DNA of 59,560 nt from Blastocatellia bacterium (GTDB lineage Bacteria; Acidobacteriota; Blastocatellia; UBA7656), in NCBI GenBank assembly GCA_039648975.1, contig JBBWZK010000201.1, positions 1 to 59,560 of the forward strand. Reading direction: 5' to 3'. The position numbers and the translations under genes are program-made. Shown here in pieces: positions 49,401-58,600 of the stretch. Each line of letters opens with the position of its first letter. Within the stretch, counting starts at the first letter, position 1. The notes under the pieces were generated by a model. The model saw only the letters and a program-made list of their open reading frames with translations, did no database searches and was not told the origin of the DNA.

Positions 49401-49888
49401 TTCTTGACGTCGAGATAAGCCTCATCGCTCAACGTGCCATCATTGTTTTCGAGCCGCAGCCATTCGGCGATGACGACATCAAGGCCGATGTCAGGATTGG
49501 TCAAAGTGGTTTTGAGCGAAGAGGGGCTGGCGTCATCCCAGGGAACGAAGAAGGCGACCGTCAGCGGATTGCTCGCCGGTTTGGGGTTGGGGCGCACGCG
49601 GACGGCCTGCGCGCGTTTCAGACGTTCAGCTTCGAGTTTTTGTTTGTCGACGCGCAGGCGGCGCTGCACCTGGGTTTCGATCTTCGGATCAGGCAAGGTC
49701 ACATGAGCGCTCGATTCCTGCCCAGGAAATTTTAGCGGTAGCAGCGCCGGGCTGATCAGTATGCTCAGGATCAACATGCCGAACAGCACGGTCAGCGCCA
49801 GGCCGGTCAAATAGACGCCGCGACGCAGGCGCGGCCAGCGTTTGTTGTTGGGATCAAAAAATACGGGGTGCGCGCGATTCTTGCTCAT
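46454..49888 (-). CDS. GH18-like + polysaccharide deacetylase + GT2 (PgaC/IcaA-like) fusion protein
   Basis: GVSIDFE; TFDDGP, HELGNHTFTH, LLHD; DDGS, DADT, AED, QRYRW. Confidence 0.93.
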   Translation of the reverse strand: MSKNRAHPVFFDPNNKRWPRLRRGVYLTGLALTVLFGMLILSILISPALLPLKFPGQESSAHVTLPDPKIETQVQRRLRVDKQKLEAERLKRAQAVRVRPNPKPASNPLTVAFFVPWDDASPSSLKTTLTNPDIGLDVVIAEWLRLENNDGTLSDEAYLDVKKEALNFIRTTRPETRVMALVNNFNSETSEFESDRLDAMLENPQARARSIRQLLDTAQAYKLQGVSIDFENVLDKSQPFLLEFLTELRAALQPAGLEISINLPANNDSFDYAKISDLVDYVILMVYDQHYSSKESGPVAAIDWFTDILTMRQKDVPAAKMIVAIGNYAYDWPDGSVPKTLTFQEALTNARENEVDEVELDAASLTPTFRYISYDKPDKPESHTVWMLDGVSAFNQVAVANSYAARGVALWRLGSEDPSLWNFFGRDVPLDANAAAQLANMVYGYDLDYINQGEILRVEAQPKDGSRTIQFDAARGFITSENIARANMPSPYVIERYGYAPRKLALTFDDGPDPEWTPRILDALKQANAPATFFVIGLNTEQYPGLIRREVAEGHELGNHTFTHPNIANISNAQFGFELSATRVLMESIVGRRTYLFRPPYAEDAEPVTPDQVRPLEAVSDRGYLTVGMKIDSKDWQRPGVDRIVDAIIQGATDPKEPGNIILLHDSGGDRSETIEALPVLISEMRKRGFEFVLVSDLLGKSRDEVMPLIDTRSQWRAMADRAAFDVINYGIRLIRWLFHIGIILGIARLLFIGTLAVIEHQRERHAVYDPGYSPTVAVIVPAYNEEKVVVQTITSLLASDHPPNFEIVVVDDGSKDETCNRVKEAFSDEPRVRLFNKTNGGKPAALNFGVTHTQAEIVIALDADTIFARDTISKLVRHFADPQIGAVAGNAKVGNRLNLLTRWQALEYITSQNLDRRAFNLLNCITVVPGAVGAWRRELVVKAGGFTDETLAEDADLTMAIRKIGYSIVYEDEAMALTEAPDTVRGFVKQRYRWMYGTLQAAWKHKDALFRPRYGSLGFVALPNIFIFQVLFPLISPAMDMLMLVTMVMTAVDRWQHPDEFSADSLKRALFYYAIFMTMEFLSATLAFMLEYKENRRLLVWLFLQRFFYRQLMYYVAIKSTFASLRGIAVGWNKLERKATVKA

Positions 49889-49921
49889 TACATCATACGG
49901 CCATCGCTGCCGTGCGCTTTT

Positions 49922-49994
49922 CTGGGAGCGCGGGCGTCTCGCCCGCAGTTCCTCGGATGCAAAAGACTAGCGGGCGAGACGCCCGCGCTCCCAG
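49922..49994. repeat. REP doublet (REPIN-like)
   Basis: Perfect 25-bp inverted repeat CTGGGAGCGCGGGCGTCTCGCCCGC, each arm itself a hairpin. Confidence 0.88.
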
Positions 49995-50087
49995 GTTCAG
50001 TCAAGATTGTTGCTTGCAACGGACGGTCTTCAACCTGCAAGAGGCCCGGCAGATACTCGCTAAAAATTCATGATACACTAATCGCAG

Positions 50088-52001
50088 ATGAGCGGTCAGC
50101 CGAAATTCTTCACCAAAAAACATCTCGCGGTTGCTCTGTTGTTGACGCTCTTTGCGCTCGGCTTTCGCCTGTTCATCGCGCTCAAACTGCCGACAGATGA
50201 ACCGGACGATGGCCGGCTCTATGCGCGCATCGCTAACAACGTGCTCGACCAGCAGAGCTTTTCAATTGCCACCGAAGCGCCTTTCGAGCCGACCTACATA
50301 CGCCTGCCCGGTTATCCGCTGTTTCTCGCGGCGGTCTACAAACTGTTCGGGCGCGACAACAACACGGCGGTGCGCGTCATTCAAGCGGTCGTCGATACGC
50401 TGACCTGCTGGCTTGTGGCCTGGCTGGCGCTTGCGTGGACGCCCGCCGCGTGGGAACCCGAGAAACGCCGCCGCACCTTGCTGATGGCGCTAGGGCTGGC
50501 GGCGACCTGCCCTTTCCTGGCCATCTACGTGGCGACGTTGCTGACCGAAGTTTGGACGGCCTGCTTTGCGACGCTCTGCGCGCTGGCCGCCTCATGCGGA
50601 TTGCGCAGCCGCAGCGCGAAAAAACAAATTGCATGGTGGGCGATGGCCGGCCTGGCGGGCGGCGGCGCGACCAGCTTTCGCCCAGACGGCGGCTTGTTCG
50701 TTGCGGCAGTCGGCGGCACGCTGGCGCTGGTTGGTTTGTATCGCGCTGTCAGGCAATGGCGTGCGGCGAAAGAAAGTAATGAATCAGACAAAGCCATTGA
50801 AGCGCGGCGCACGGCGCGGCAGTTGATGGCGAAAACCATTTTGCACGGCACAGTGCTGACGCTCGGCTTTGTCCTAGCGCTTGCGCCGTGGACGACACGC
50901 AACGCGCGCGTCTTCGGGGTTTTTATGCCCATCGCGCCGGCGCAGGCGAACATGCCTGATGAGTTCGTGCCGCGCGGCTTCATTCTCTGGCTGAAGACCT
51001 GGGTCGACGATGTGAAGTACACCGAAACCGTCGAGTGGGCCGAGGACGTGCGCGCGATTCACATTGAGCAGGTGCCGGCTTACGCTTTCGATTCGCCAGA
51101 CGAACGCGACCGCGTCGCCGCTTTGCTGGCGCGCTACAACAACGAGACACAGCCGCCGCCCGCGCCATCGGCGCAGCCTGAGATTGAAGACGAGACGGCT
51201 GCCGCGCCAACGGCGAACGCGCCGCAATCGCCCGGCAACAGCAACGTCACCAATCAAGCTCGCGCCGCCGCGCCATCGCCGGCGTCGCGCCCGGCGAATT
51301 CAGCCAGCCGGAACAGCGCGACGACTGCAAGCTCGCCGAACAAAAACACTCCGAATAGCAATGTAGCAAGCAATACAGAATCCGCAGACGCAGACAACTC
51401 GGCGGATGATTCATCAGGCGATGACGAGTCGCAGAGCGATGCGGCATCAAGCGACGATGATTCGTCGAATGACAACGAGCCGGAAGAGGCCGCCGAGCCG
51501 CCGAAGTTCGAAGGCGAGATGACGCCCGACATTGATGCAGGGTTTCTGGAGATTGCCCGCGAGCGCATCAGTCGCCATCCGTTTCGTTTCTACATCATCA
51601 TGCCTTTGCGCCGCGCCGCCTCATTGTGGTTCGACACACACTCGCAGTATTACCCGTTTCAGGGCGAGTTGTTGCCGCTCAAAGACCTCGACCACGATAC
51701 GCGCCAGCACATCTGGCTGCCGTTGTTCGCGGCGTTGACCTGGATCTACACATTGCTTGCCGCGCTGGGTGCGTGGGTGATGTGGCGCGGCGTTGATTCG
51801 CGTGCCTGGCTATTGATGTTCGCCTTGCTGATCTTGCCGCGCATCGCTTTTCTGTCGACGCTCGAAAACCCTGAGCCGCGTTATATCGTCGAGTTGTTCA
51901 CCTTCTTGATGGCGGCAGCAAGTCTGGGCCTTGCCGGCCCGCTGTGGAGCGGCGCGGCGAAACTATTCCACAAACGGCAGAGCAACTCGCCGGCGAATTG
52001 A
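50088..52001 (+). CDS. GT-C (PMT/ArnT-like) membrane glycosyltransferase with a low-complexity insert
   Basis: DDGRLY, RLPGYPLFLA, LLTE, RPD, PWTTRN and EPRY motifs; multiple TMs. Confidence 0.8.
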   Translation: MSGQPKFFTKKHLAVALLLTLFALGFRLFIALKLPTDEPDDGRLYARIANNVLDQQSFSIATEAPFEPTYIRLPGYPLFLAAVYKLFGRDNNTAVRVIQAVVDTLTCWLVAWLALAWTPAAWEPEKRRRTLLMALGLAATCPFLAIYVATLLTEVWTACFATLCALAASCGLRSRSAKKQIAWWAMAGLAGGGATSFRPDGGLFVAAVGGTLALVGLYRAVRQWRAAKESNESDKAIEARRTARQLMAKTILHGTVLTLGFVLALAPWTTRNARVFGVFMPIAPAQANMPDEFVPRGFILWLKTWVDDVKYTETVEWAEDVRAIHIEQVPAYAFDSPDERDRVAALLARYNNETQPPPAPSAQPEIEDETAAAPTANAPQSPGNSNVTNQARAAAPSPASRPANSASRNSATTASSPNKNTPNSNVASNTESADADNSADDSSGDDESQSDAASSDDDSSNDNEPEEAAEPPKFEGEMTPDIDAGFLEIARERISRHPFRFYIIMPLRRAASLWFDTHSQYYPFQGELLPLKDLDHDTRQHIWLPLFAALTWIYTLLAALGAWVMWRGVDSRAWLLMFALLILPRIAFLSTLENPEPRYIVELFTFLMAAASLGLAGPLWSGAAKLFHKRQSNSPAN

Positions 52002-52112
52002 CGAGAGTCTTTTCTTTGGTTTTGGCTTGCGAAAGAAGAACTGGCGGCGCTTGTCTTGTCGCGTATTCTCGGCTACTATCACGGCACTTCATTGAGGCTT
52101 TGAGGTTCCTCT

Positions 52113-54335
52113 ATGCTCGAAGCGAACACCGTAGTGCAAGGACGTTATCGCATCATCAGCCAGATTGCCAAAGGCGGAATGGGAACGGTCTATCTTGCAA
52201 GAGATGAAAACCTCGGCGTTACGGTCGCCGTCAAGCAGAATTTTTTCAACGACCAGCGATTGATCGAAGCGTTCAAGCGCGAAGCGCGGCTGCTCGCCGG
52301 GTTGCGACATCCGTCGCTGCCGCAGGTCAAAGATTACTTCATCAACGATGTCGGCCAGTTTCTCGTGATGGAGTACATTGCGGGCAACGACTTCGGCGTT
52401 ATTCTCGAAAAGCGTCGTGAGAAGATCGCGCCCATCGGCGAAGCCAAGCCGTTTGAAGTTAGCGAGGTCATACAATGGGCCGAACAGTTGCTCGACGCGC
52501 TGGATTATCTGCACACCTTGCCCGAACCGGTGGTTCACCGCGACATCAAGCCGCAGAACCTGAAGCTCGCCGGACGCAATCAAATCATCCTGCTCGATTT
52601 CGGGCTGGCTAAGGGGAAGCCCCAGTGGATGTCGCGGGTGACCTCGTCAGGGAGTATTTATGGTTACACACCGAACTATGCGCCGCTCGAACAGATTCGC
52701 GGCCTGGGAACAGATCCGCGCTCGGATATCTACGGCCTCGGCGCAACGCTTTATCATTTGATCACCGGCGTGCCGCCGGTAGATGCGGCGACGCGGGCAG
52801 ATGCGTTTATCGGCAACGAGCCCGACCCACTGCATACCGCCAATGAGGTGAACCCGAAAATCCCGCGCGAGATGGCGGCGGTGTTGATGAAAGCGATGGA
52901 GCAGCATCGCAACAAGCGGCCCACATCAGCAGCCGAGATGTTAGAGATGCTGCGCGCCGCAAAACTCTCGACGGTGATTGATCGCTATGGCGACGAAAAC
53001 GCCGAGTCAGGGTACGCGGTTGAGTTTGAGGCTCAAGCAGACGCCTGGCTGCCGACAGAGATCGGACTAAGTCAACAGGCTGAACAAGAGGAGCGCGAAG
53101 CACAGCAGGAAGCCGAAAGCAGGCAACGCGCCGAGCAGGAACGCCGCGCCGCAGAAGCCGCCGCCGCGTTACAATTGGAGCAGCAGTGGCAGGCGCGAGA
53201 AGCCGCCGAAGGGCAGCGACCGTCTGAGACACAATTATCAGAGCAACGCGAAGAACAACTGCACGAGTCGCAAGCAGAAGCGCCAAGCGAGCCGCAAAGA
53301 AAAGCCACGCGCCATTGGAAAGCGGTTGTCGCCGCCATCGCCTGTGTAGCGCTGCTGGTGGTGGTGAGTTGGGCACTCATCGCCGGGTTGAGCAAATCGG
53401 ATAAGCCAAAGGCAAGCTCCCAACCCGATGACGGGTCAGGCGGCACGCAGGCGGCAGAGCGATTGAAAGCAGCCGTGCTTCCCATCCCCAACAAAGTATA
53501 TGAAGTGTCGTTCAGCGATGATGGCCGGCAGCTCGCTTCGGCAGGCGAAGAAGCGGTTGTTCGCTTATGGCAGACAGACGGCGAGAAGCAGTTATCCGGT
53601 CGCAGGGGAGTCGGCAAGTGCGTGGCGATCAGTCCGGATGGCCGGCTCCTGGCTTCAGGCGGTAACGATAATGTGATTTTTTTGTGGCGTGCCGCCGACG
53701 GGCAGATGCAGAGAATCCTCACCGGGCATTCAGGTCTGGTTTTCAGCATCGGCTTCAGCCCCGATGGGCAGACGCTTTTTTCTGCAAGCTATGATAGAAC
53801 GATCAAGCTCTGGCGCGTCAGCGACGGCGGCTTAATCAAGACCGTGAGCACGCCGGAGAAGGGTTATTTGATTGTCACGGTCAGCGCGGATTTGCGGTTG
53901 GTCGCCTACTATCGCGCCGCAGGCTCGTTCAAACTGTGGTCGCTTGACGCAGGCAACCAGATACGGCTGCTCAGTGGCGACGTGCCGGCGGTGAATTGTG
54001 GCGCATTCAGCCGTGATGGGCAGGTGCTGGCGCTCGGCAGCCGCGACGGCGACGTGCAGTTGTGGCGCGTCAGCGATGGCCGAATGATGCAGTCGTTAGG
54101 TAAGTTTGGCGCAAGTGTCATGAGCATCGCTTTCAATGCGGACGGCAAAATGATGGCCGCAGGGTTTGGCAACGGCACGATCAGGCTCTGGCGCATGAGC
54201 AGCGGCGAGTTGATGGATCGGCTCACGGGTCATACGGAGTCGGTCAACAGCCTGTCGTTCAGCGCCGATGGCCGCTCGCTGGCATCAGGCAGCGATGACA
54301 ACACGGTGCGGATTTGGGAAATCGCAGCGAATTGA
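52113..54335 (+). CDS. Hanks-type Ser/Thr kinase with TM helix and WD40 propeller
   Basis: GGMGTVY, VAVK, HRDIKPQN, DFG and YAPLEQ motifs; about 7 WD40 repeats. Confidence 0.95.
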   Translation: MLEANTVVQGRYRIISQIAKGGMGTVYLARDENLGVTVAVKQNFFNDQRLIEAFKREARLLAGLRHPSLPQVKDYFINDVGQFLVMEYIAGNDFGVILEKRREKIAPIGEAKPFEVSEVIQWAEQLLDALDYLHTLPEPVVHRDIKPQNLKLAGRNQIILLDFGLAKGKPQWMSRVTSSGSIYGYTPNYAPLEQIRGLGTDPRSDIYGLGATLYHLITGVPPVDAATRADAFIGNEPDPLHTANEVNPKIPREMAAVLMKAMEQHRNKRPTSAAEMLEMLRAAKLSTVIDRYGDENAESGYAVEFEAQADAWLPTEIGLSQQAEQEEREAQQEAESRQRAEQERRAAEAAAALQLEQQWQAREAAEGQRPSETQLSEQREEQLHESQAEAPSEPQRKATRHWKAVVAAIACVALLVVVSWALIAGLSKSDKPKASSQPDDGSGGTQAAERLKAAVLPIPNKVYEVSFSDDGRQLASAGEEAVVRLWQTDGEKQLSGRRGVGKCVAISPDGRLLASGGNDNVIFLWRAADGQMQRILTGHSGLVFSIGFSPDGQTLFSASYDRTIKLWRVSDGGLIKTVSTPEKGYLIVTVSADLRLVAYYRAAGSFKLWSLDAGNQIRLLSGDVPAVNCGAFSRDGQVLALGSRDGDVQLWRVSDGRMMQSLGKFGASVMSIAFNADGKMMAAGFGNGTIRLWRMSSGELMDRLTGHTESVNSLSFSADGRSLASGSDDNTVRIWEIAAN

Positions 54336-54403
54336 TGAGGCAGCAAATGATTCGACAGAGATGTACTATTTTGCGGGCATTGATCCGGTGGTGTGGCGCA
54401 GAT

Positions 54404-55351
54404 ATGAAACGCCATCGGCGCGCTAGTGTAATTATGCTGACTGCGTCGGCGACGGTGATCGGGTTACTGTTAATGCTCGCGCCGCCGCGAGCGATGAGTC
54501 GGCAAGTCGGTGTCAAAGCGCCGCCTCCCCCTGCCAAGAGCAACAGCCCAAACCCAGTGAAACCGCGACAAATGACGAAGCCGCCCGCCAGAAAACCACC
54601 TGCGCCAAAGGCTCAGACATTAAGCGATGAGCAGCGGGCGAAGATTCTGACGGGGTTGAGGAACAGCTTTGTAAAAATATCCGCCGGTGAATTCATGATG
54701 GGTTCGGATGATGAAAAGCCTGTGCATCGCGTGCGCATCAGCCAGAGCTTTGAGATGGGCAAGTACGAAGTCACACAGGCACAGTGGGAGGCCCTGATGG
54801 ACAGCAACCCCAGTGAATTCAAAGGCGCGAATCTGCCGGTCGAGAATGTATCCTGGTACGATGCACAGAAATTTGTCGATAAGCTGAACGCGCGAAATGA
54901 TGGATACATTTACCGGCTGCCGACGGAGGCGGAATGGGAGTACGCGTGCCGCGCGGGAACAACGACTGAATTTGCTTTTGGCAATAGTTTGAACTCAGAG
55001 CAGGCAAATTTTAATGGTAACTTTCCTTATGGCAATGCGCCGAATGGGAAAAATCTTGGACACTTGGCAGTGGTGGGTAGTTACAAGCCGAATGCTTGGG
55101 GGCTATACGATATGCACGGGAATGTAGAGGAGTGGTGCGAGGATAGGTATGACGAAAACTATTATGCGCAGAGCCCAAACAGCGATCCACCGGGACCTGA
55201 AAAGGAGAGCTACTACAAAGTAGTACGCGGCGGTAGCTATCTCGACGGTGCCGCAAACTTGCGGTCGGCGGGCCGCGGATCGAGTACGGGAATCCCCATC
55301 TCTTCAGAGAAGCGGAAGATCGGCTTCCGCCTCGTGAGGACAGGGCGCTAG
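54404..55351 (+). CDS. FGE-sulfatase (SUMF1/CLec-fold) domain protein 1, exported
   Basis: GEFMMGS, YRLPTEAEWEYACRAG, NAWGLYDMHGNV, RGGS and GFRLVR motifs; start approximate. Confidence 0.9.
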   Translation: MKRHRRASVIMLTASATVIGLLLMLAPPRAMSRQVGVKAPPPPAKSNSPNPVKPRQMTKPPARKPPAPKAQTLSDEQRAKILTGLRNSFVKISAGEFMMGSDDEKPVHRVRISQSFEMGKYEVTQAQWEALMDSNPSEFKGANLPVENVSWYDAQKFVDKLNARNDGYIYRLPTEAEWEYACRAGTTTEFAFGNSLNSEQANFNGNFPYGNAPNGKNLGHLAVVGSYKPNAWGLYDMHGNVEEWCEDRYDENYYAQSPNSDPPGPEKESYYKVVRGGSYLDGAANLRSAGRGSSTGIPISSEKRKIGFRLVRTGR

Positions 55352-55484
55352 GCGCTTTGACTGCGTTATAACTTGGAAACGTTTTGGCGGGCCGGATGAT
55401 TCGCCAGGGACGAAAGTCTTTAGTCATCATTGGCTTTTGGTGTGCGAGCGATCAAGCGATTCGCTGGGCGAAAGAACGGATCTG

Positions 55485-56456
55485 ATGAAGCTGCCGGAAG
55501 AAAAAGAGAGAAGCCCGGAATATGGCGGGTACAGCAGCGAAGCGCTGGCGCGGCGACAGGCGTTGCTGCAAGAAGCCGAGCGTATACAAAAACGCTGGGA
55601 GGCTGGGCCACGCAAGACGACTCGGCTCAGAGTCGGCATCGCCCTGGCCTGGCTGGTTCTGATTCTTCTGGTCGCGGCCTTCTTCGCCAGAAGAATCTCT
55701 GTGCCTTCGTCTATTCCGCCGCCGACGGGCTATTCAACCGGCACAAACAGTCCGCCAGCCATCAGCCCGCAGGTCAACACCGAAAACGGCGCGCTGAAGG
55801 AATTGATGAATGGCTTCGTGCCGCTCCCCGCCGGCGAGTTTATGATGGGTTCGGAAAACGGCAGCGCCGCTGAGAAGCCTGTGCATCGCGTGCGCCTCAG
55901 CCGCCCATTCGAGATGGGCAAGTACGAGGTCACACAGGCGCAGTGGGAAGCGGTGATGGGAAACAACCCCAGCTATTTCAAAGGCAGCAATCGTCCGGTC
56001 GAGCAAGTCTCCTGGCATGACGTACAAGAATTCATTGAAAAACTGAACGCGCTCAATGACGGCTACGTGTACCGGCTGCCGACCGAAGCCGAGTGGGAGT
56101 ATGCCTGTCGTGCTGGCAGTAATGGAGATTACTCCGGCAAGCTGGACGCGATGGCATGGTGCGACAACAACTCAGACCAGATGTCGCACCCGGTCGGCGC
56201 GAAGCAACCGAATGCCTGGGGCCTTTATGACATGCACGGCAACGTCTTTGAGTGGTGCCAGGACTGGTACGACAATAACTACGCCGAGAGTCCGAGCCTT
56301 GACCCGCAAGGGCCCGCGTCAGGCTCGTTTCGTGTGAAACGCGGCGGCAGTTGGGCCTTTCCCGCCGCCTTTTCGCGGTCAGCGGCTCGCGACCTCTACT
56401 CGCCGGGCTACCGCTTCAACTTCCTCGGCTTTCGCCTGGTGAGGACGCCCCGCTAG
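55485..56456 (+). CDS. FGE-sulfatase (SUMF1/CLec-fold) domain protein 2, membrane anchored
   Basis: TM helix followed by the same motif set. Confidence 0.92.
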   Translation: MKLPEEKERSPEYGGYSSEALARRQALLQEAERIQKRWEAGPRKTTRLRVGIALAWLVLILLVAAFFARRISVPSSIPPPTGYSTGTNSPPAISPQVNTENGALKELMNGFVPLPAGEFMMGSENGSAAEKPVHRVRLSRPFEMGKYEVTQAQWEAVMGNNPSYFKGSNRPVEQVSWHDVQEFIEKLNALNDGYVYRLPTEAEWEYACRAGSNGDYSGKLDAMAWCDNNSDQMSHPVGAKQPNAWGLYDMHGNVFEWCQDWYDNNYAESPSLDPQGPASGSFRVKRGGSWAFPAAFSRSAARDLYSPGYRFNFLGFRLVRTPR

Positions 56457-56656
56457 GCGCTCCAGGCTTGCAGACCGGGCGCGCTTGAGCCGCCAAACTC
56501 CTCCTTTGATTCGGCCATTATCTGCTCATCGAATACGGCAAGCGGGTCGCAGCCATTATGTGCAAGTGATGGCTTTTTCCTGCACCTCTCTTTTGCCACC
56601 CGACAAATCACCGGCGTTTTTCGGTCATTTTTGCTGCTTTTCCATCTTTAGTTCAA

Positions 56657-56672
56657 TGGCACTGGCCTTGCA
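56657..56672 (+). promoter_or_regulatory. sigma54 -24/-12 promoter
   Basis: TGGCAC-TGGCC-TTGCA is an exact consensus match, 33 nt before the ATG at 56706. Confidence 0.8.
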
Positions 56673-56705
56673 CTTGGCTATAGCGGCACTTGTTGTGGAG
56701 AAGCT

Positions 56706-57134
56706 ATGGCAACCGCAGAGATCATCATCAACGAGCAGGACGCCAGGACAGTGGCGATCAAAGCTTGCACGGCGTGCAGCGGCCAGTTGCTCGAAAGCGA
56801 CCGCTTTTGCCGCTGGTGCGGCGAAGCGCAGACGGACGCGGCGAGCGGCGCGTCGGGCGCTGTGAATGTCCCAACGAGCCATCCGCTTGCCGTGGCGCGT
56901 TACACCACTTCTTTGCTGGTTGAAAAGAGAAGTAACTTGTATCACCGCGTCTCCGGGCCGCTGGTCAATGCCGTCATTGCTGGCGTGGCGAGCGGCGAAC
57001 TGCAAGATCAGAGCCGCTGGATGCGGCGAGCTATGCTGGCGCTCATCTCGCTGCCGATCTGGCTGATGATCGTCTTACTGTCGCCGCTTGATGCTTATGC
57101 GGCAGCCAGGAACCTGTTGAGAGAAAACCAATGA
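56706..57134 (+). CDS. Zinc-ribbon membrane protein
   Basis: CTAC...FCRWCG; C-terminal hydrophobic segment; GGAG RBS. Confidence 0.8.
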   Translation: MATAEIIINEQDARTVAIKACTACSGQLLESDRFCRWCGEAQTDAASGASGAVNVPTSHPLAVARYTTSLLVEKRSNLYHRVSGPLVNAVIAGVASGELQDQSRWMRRAMLALISLPIWLMIVLLSPLDAYAAARNLLRENQ

Positions 57135-57916
57135 CCACTGTGGATGAAATGCAAATCAAGCTGGCGGCAAGCCAGCCAATCTCTGATGCCGCAGGCGTGC
57201 AAGCCGGCAACTCAATCAGGCGCGACTCGCAATCGCCAGCCACGCTCTCCGGCAATGCCGAGTTCAAGAATGCGCCGCGCTTGCAGGCCAGTCTTACCGC
57301 AGCAGTCGAGCGCAAGGCTTTGAAGTATTTCGCCGAACGACTGCCGCGATGGGTCAACTCCGATCACCTGACCTTGCTTGGCCTGGCAGCGATGATTGCC
57401 GCAGGGGCTTGTTACGCGGCAGCGCGCTGGTGGCCGCCGGCGATGCTGATCGTCAATCTCTGGCTTATCGTCAACTGGTTCGGCGACAGCCTCGACGGCA
57501 CGCTGGCGCGCTTGCGCAACCGGCAGCGCCCGCGTTACGGCTTCTACGTCGATCACATCGTTGACGCGCTAGGCATTCTGGCGATTTTCTGCGGCCTTGC
57601 TTTATCAGGCTATATGAGCTGGATTGTGGCGCTGGCCTTTCTGGTCGCCTACTTCATATTGTCGATAGACATTTATCTGGCGACCTATACCATCGGCACG
57701 TTTCGCATGGCTTATTACAAGCTCGGCCCGACAGAGTTGCGCATCCTGCTGGCCATCGGCAACGTCGCCACCTTCCTGCATCCGCGCGCACACCTGTTCG
57801 GCGATCATCTCTTGTTCGATGTCTCGATGCTCATCGCCATCGCCGCGCTTGCAGTCATTACGATTACCTCAATAGCGCACAACACGGTGACGCTGTATCG
57901 CGCTGAAAGAATCTGA
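57131..57916 (+). CDS. CDP-alcohol phosphatidyltransferase family protein
   Basis: DSLDGTLAR...YGFYVDHIVD signature; ATGA overlap with the upstream gene. Confidence 0.92.
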   Translation: MTTVDEMQIKLAASQPISDAAGVQAGNSIRRDSQSPATLSGNAEFKNAPRLQASLTAAVERKALKYFAERLPRWVNSDHLTLLGLAAMIAAGACYAAARWWPPAMLIVNLWLIVNWFGDSLDGTLARLRNRQRPRYGFYVDHIVDALGILAIFCGLALSGYMSWIVALAFLVAYFILSIDIYLATYTIGTFRMAYYKLGPTELRILLAIGNVATFLHPRAHLFGDHLLFDVSMLIAIAALAVITITSIAHNTVTLYRAERI

Positions 57917-57918
57917 GG

Positions 57919-58013
57919 AAGTGACAAGTGACGAGTGACAAGTGACAAGAGGGGATAAGAGGAAGGGCAGAAGGTCGATCCCGGTTCTTTCTTGTCACTT
58001 GTCATTTGTCACT
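57919..58013. repeat. Inverted heptamer arrays (AGTGACA / TGTCACT)
   Basis: Arrays at 57919-57950 and 57990-58013. Confidence 0.8.
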
Positions 58014-58416
58014 ATCGGGATTGCGTTTGTCGAAATCCATCCTACATCGCTGGGCGAAGTTCAGCGCCGTCGGCGCGACGGGCATTCTTGTGCAGGCCAT
58101 TGCGCTTGCCGTTTTCTTGCGCCTCGTCGGCTTGCATTATCTGTTGGCAACGGCGCTGGCGGTCGAAGCGAGCGTGCTGCACAACTTCGTCTGGCATCGC
58201 CGCTGGACGTGGCGCGACCGCGAGCAATCACGATGGCTTGCGATGCTCGTGCGCTTCAACCTGACGAGCGGTATGCTATCGCTGGCGGGCAATCTGCTGC
58301 TGATGTTCGTCTTCGTCGGCGGCATGAAATTGAACGTCATTATCGCCAATTTCATCACCATCGCCATCTGCTCGCTGCTCAACTTCACGCTCGCCGACCG
58401 TTTCGTGTTCGTCTGA
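58006..58416 (+). CDS. GtrA-family flippase-like protein
   Basis: KFSAVG, HYLLA, NFVWHRRWTW and NFTLADRFVF motifs; 4 TMs; start uncertain. Confidence 0.9.
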   Translation: MSLSGLRLSKSILHRWAKFSAVGATGILVQAIALAVFLRLVGLHYLLATALAVEASVLHNFVWHRRWTWRDREQSRWLAMLVRFNLTSGMLSLAGNLLLMFVFVGGMKLNVIIANFITIAICSLLNFTLADRFVFV

Positions 58417-58435
58417 GCTTTCTAAAAAGAGATAG

Positions 58436-58531
58436 CCACAAAGCCACAAAGACACAGAGAGAACAATGAAGAATTACTTCAGTCTGACCAGATTTCTTTA
58501 TCTTCCTTTGTGCCTTTGTGCCTTTGTGGCC
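58436..58531. repeat. Inverted octamer arrays (CACAAAGN / CTTTGTGC)
   Basis: Arrays at 58436-58461 and 58506-58531. Confidence 0.8.
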
Positions 58532-58600
58532 AACCCTCTTTCTCAACGAACTCGCTAAACGATTGGAGCGAAGCGCTGCCGATTTGCTATAAACTGTTGG

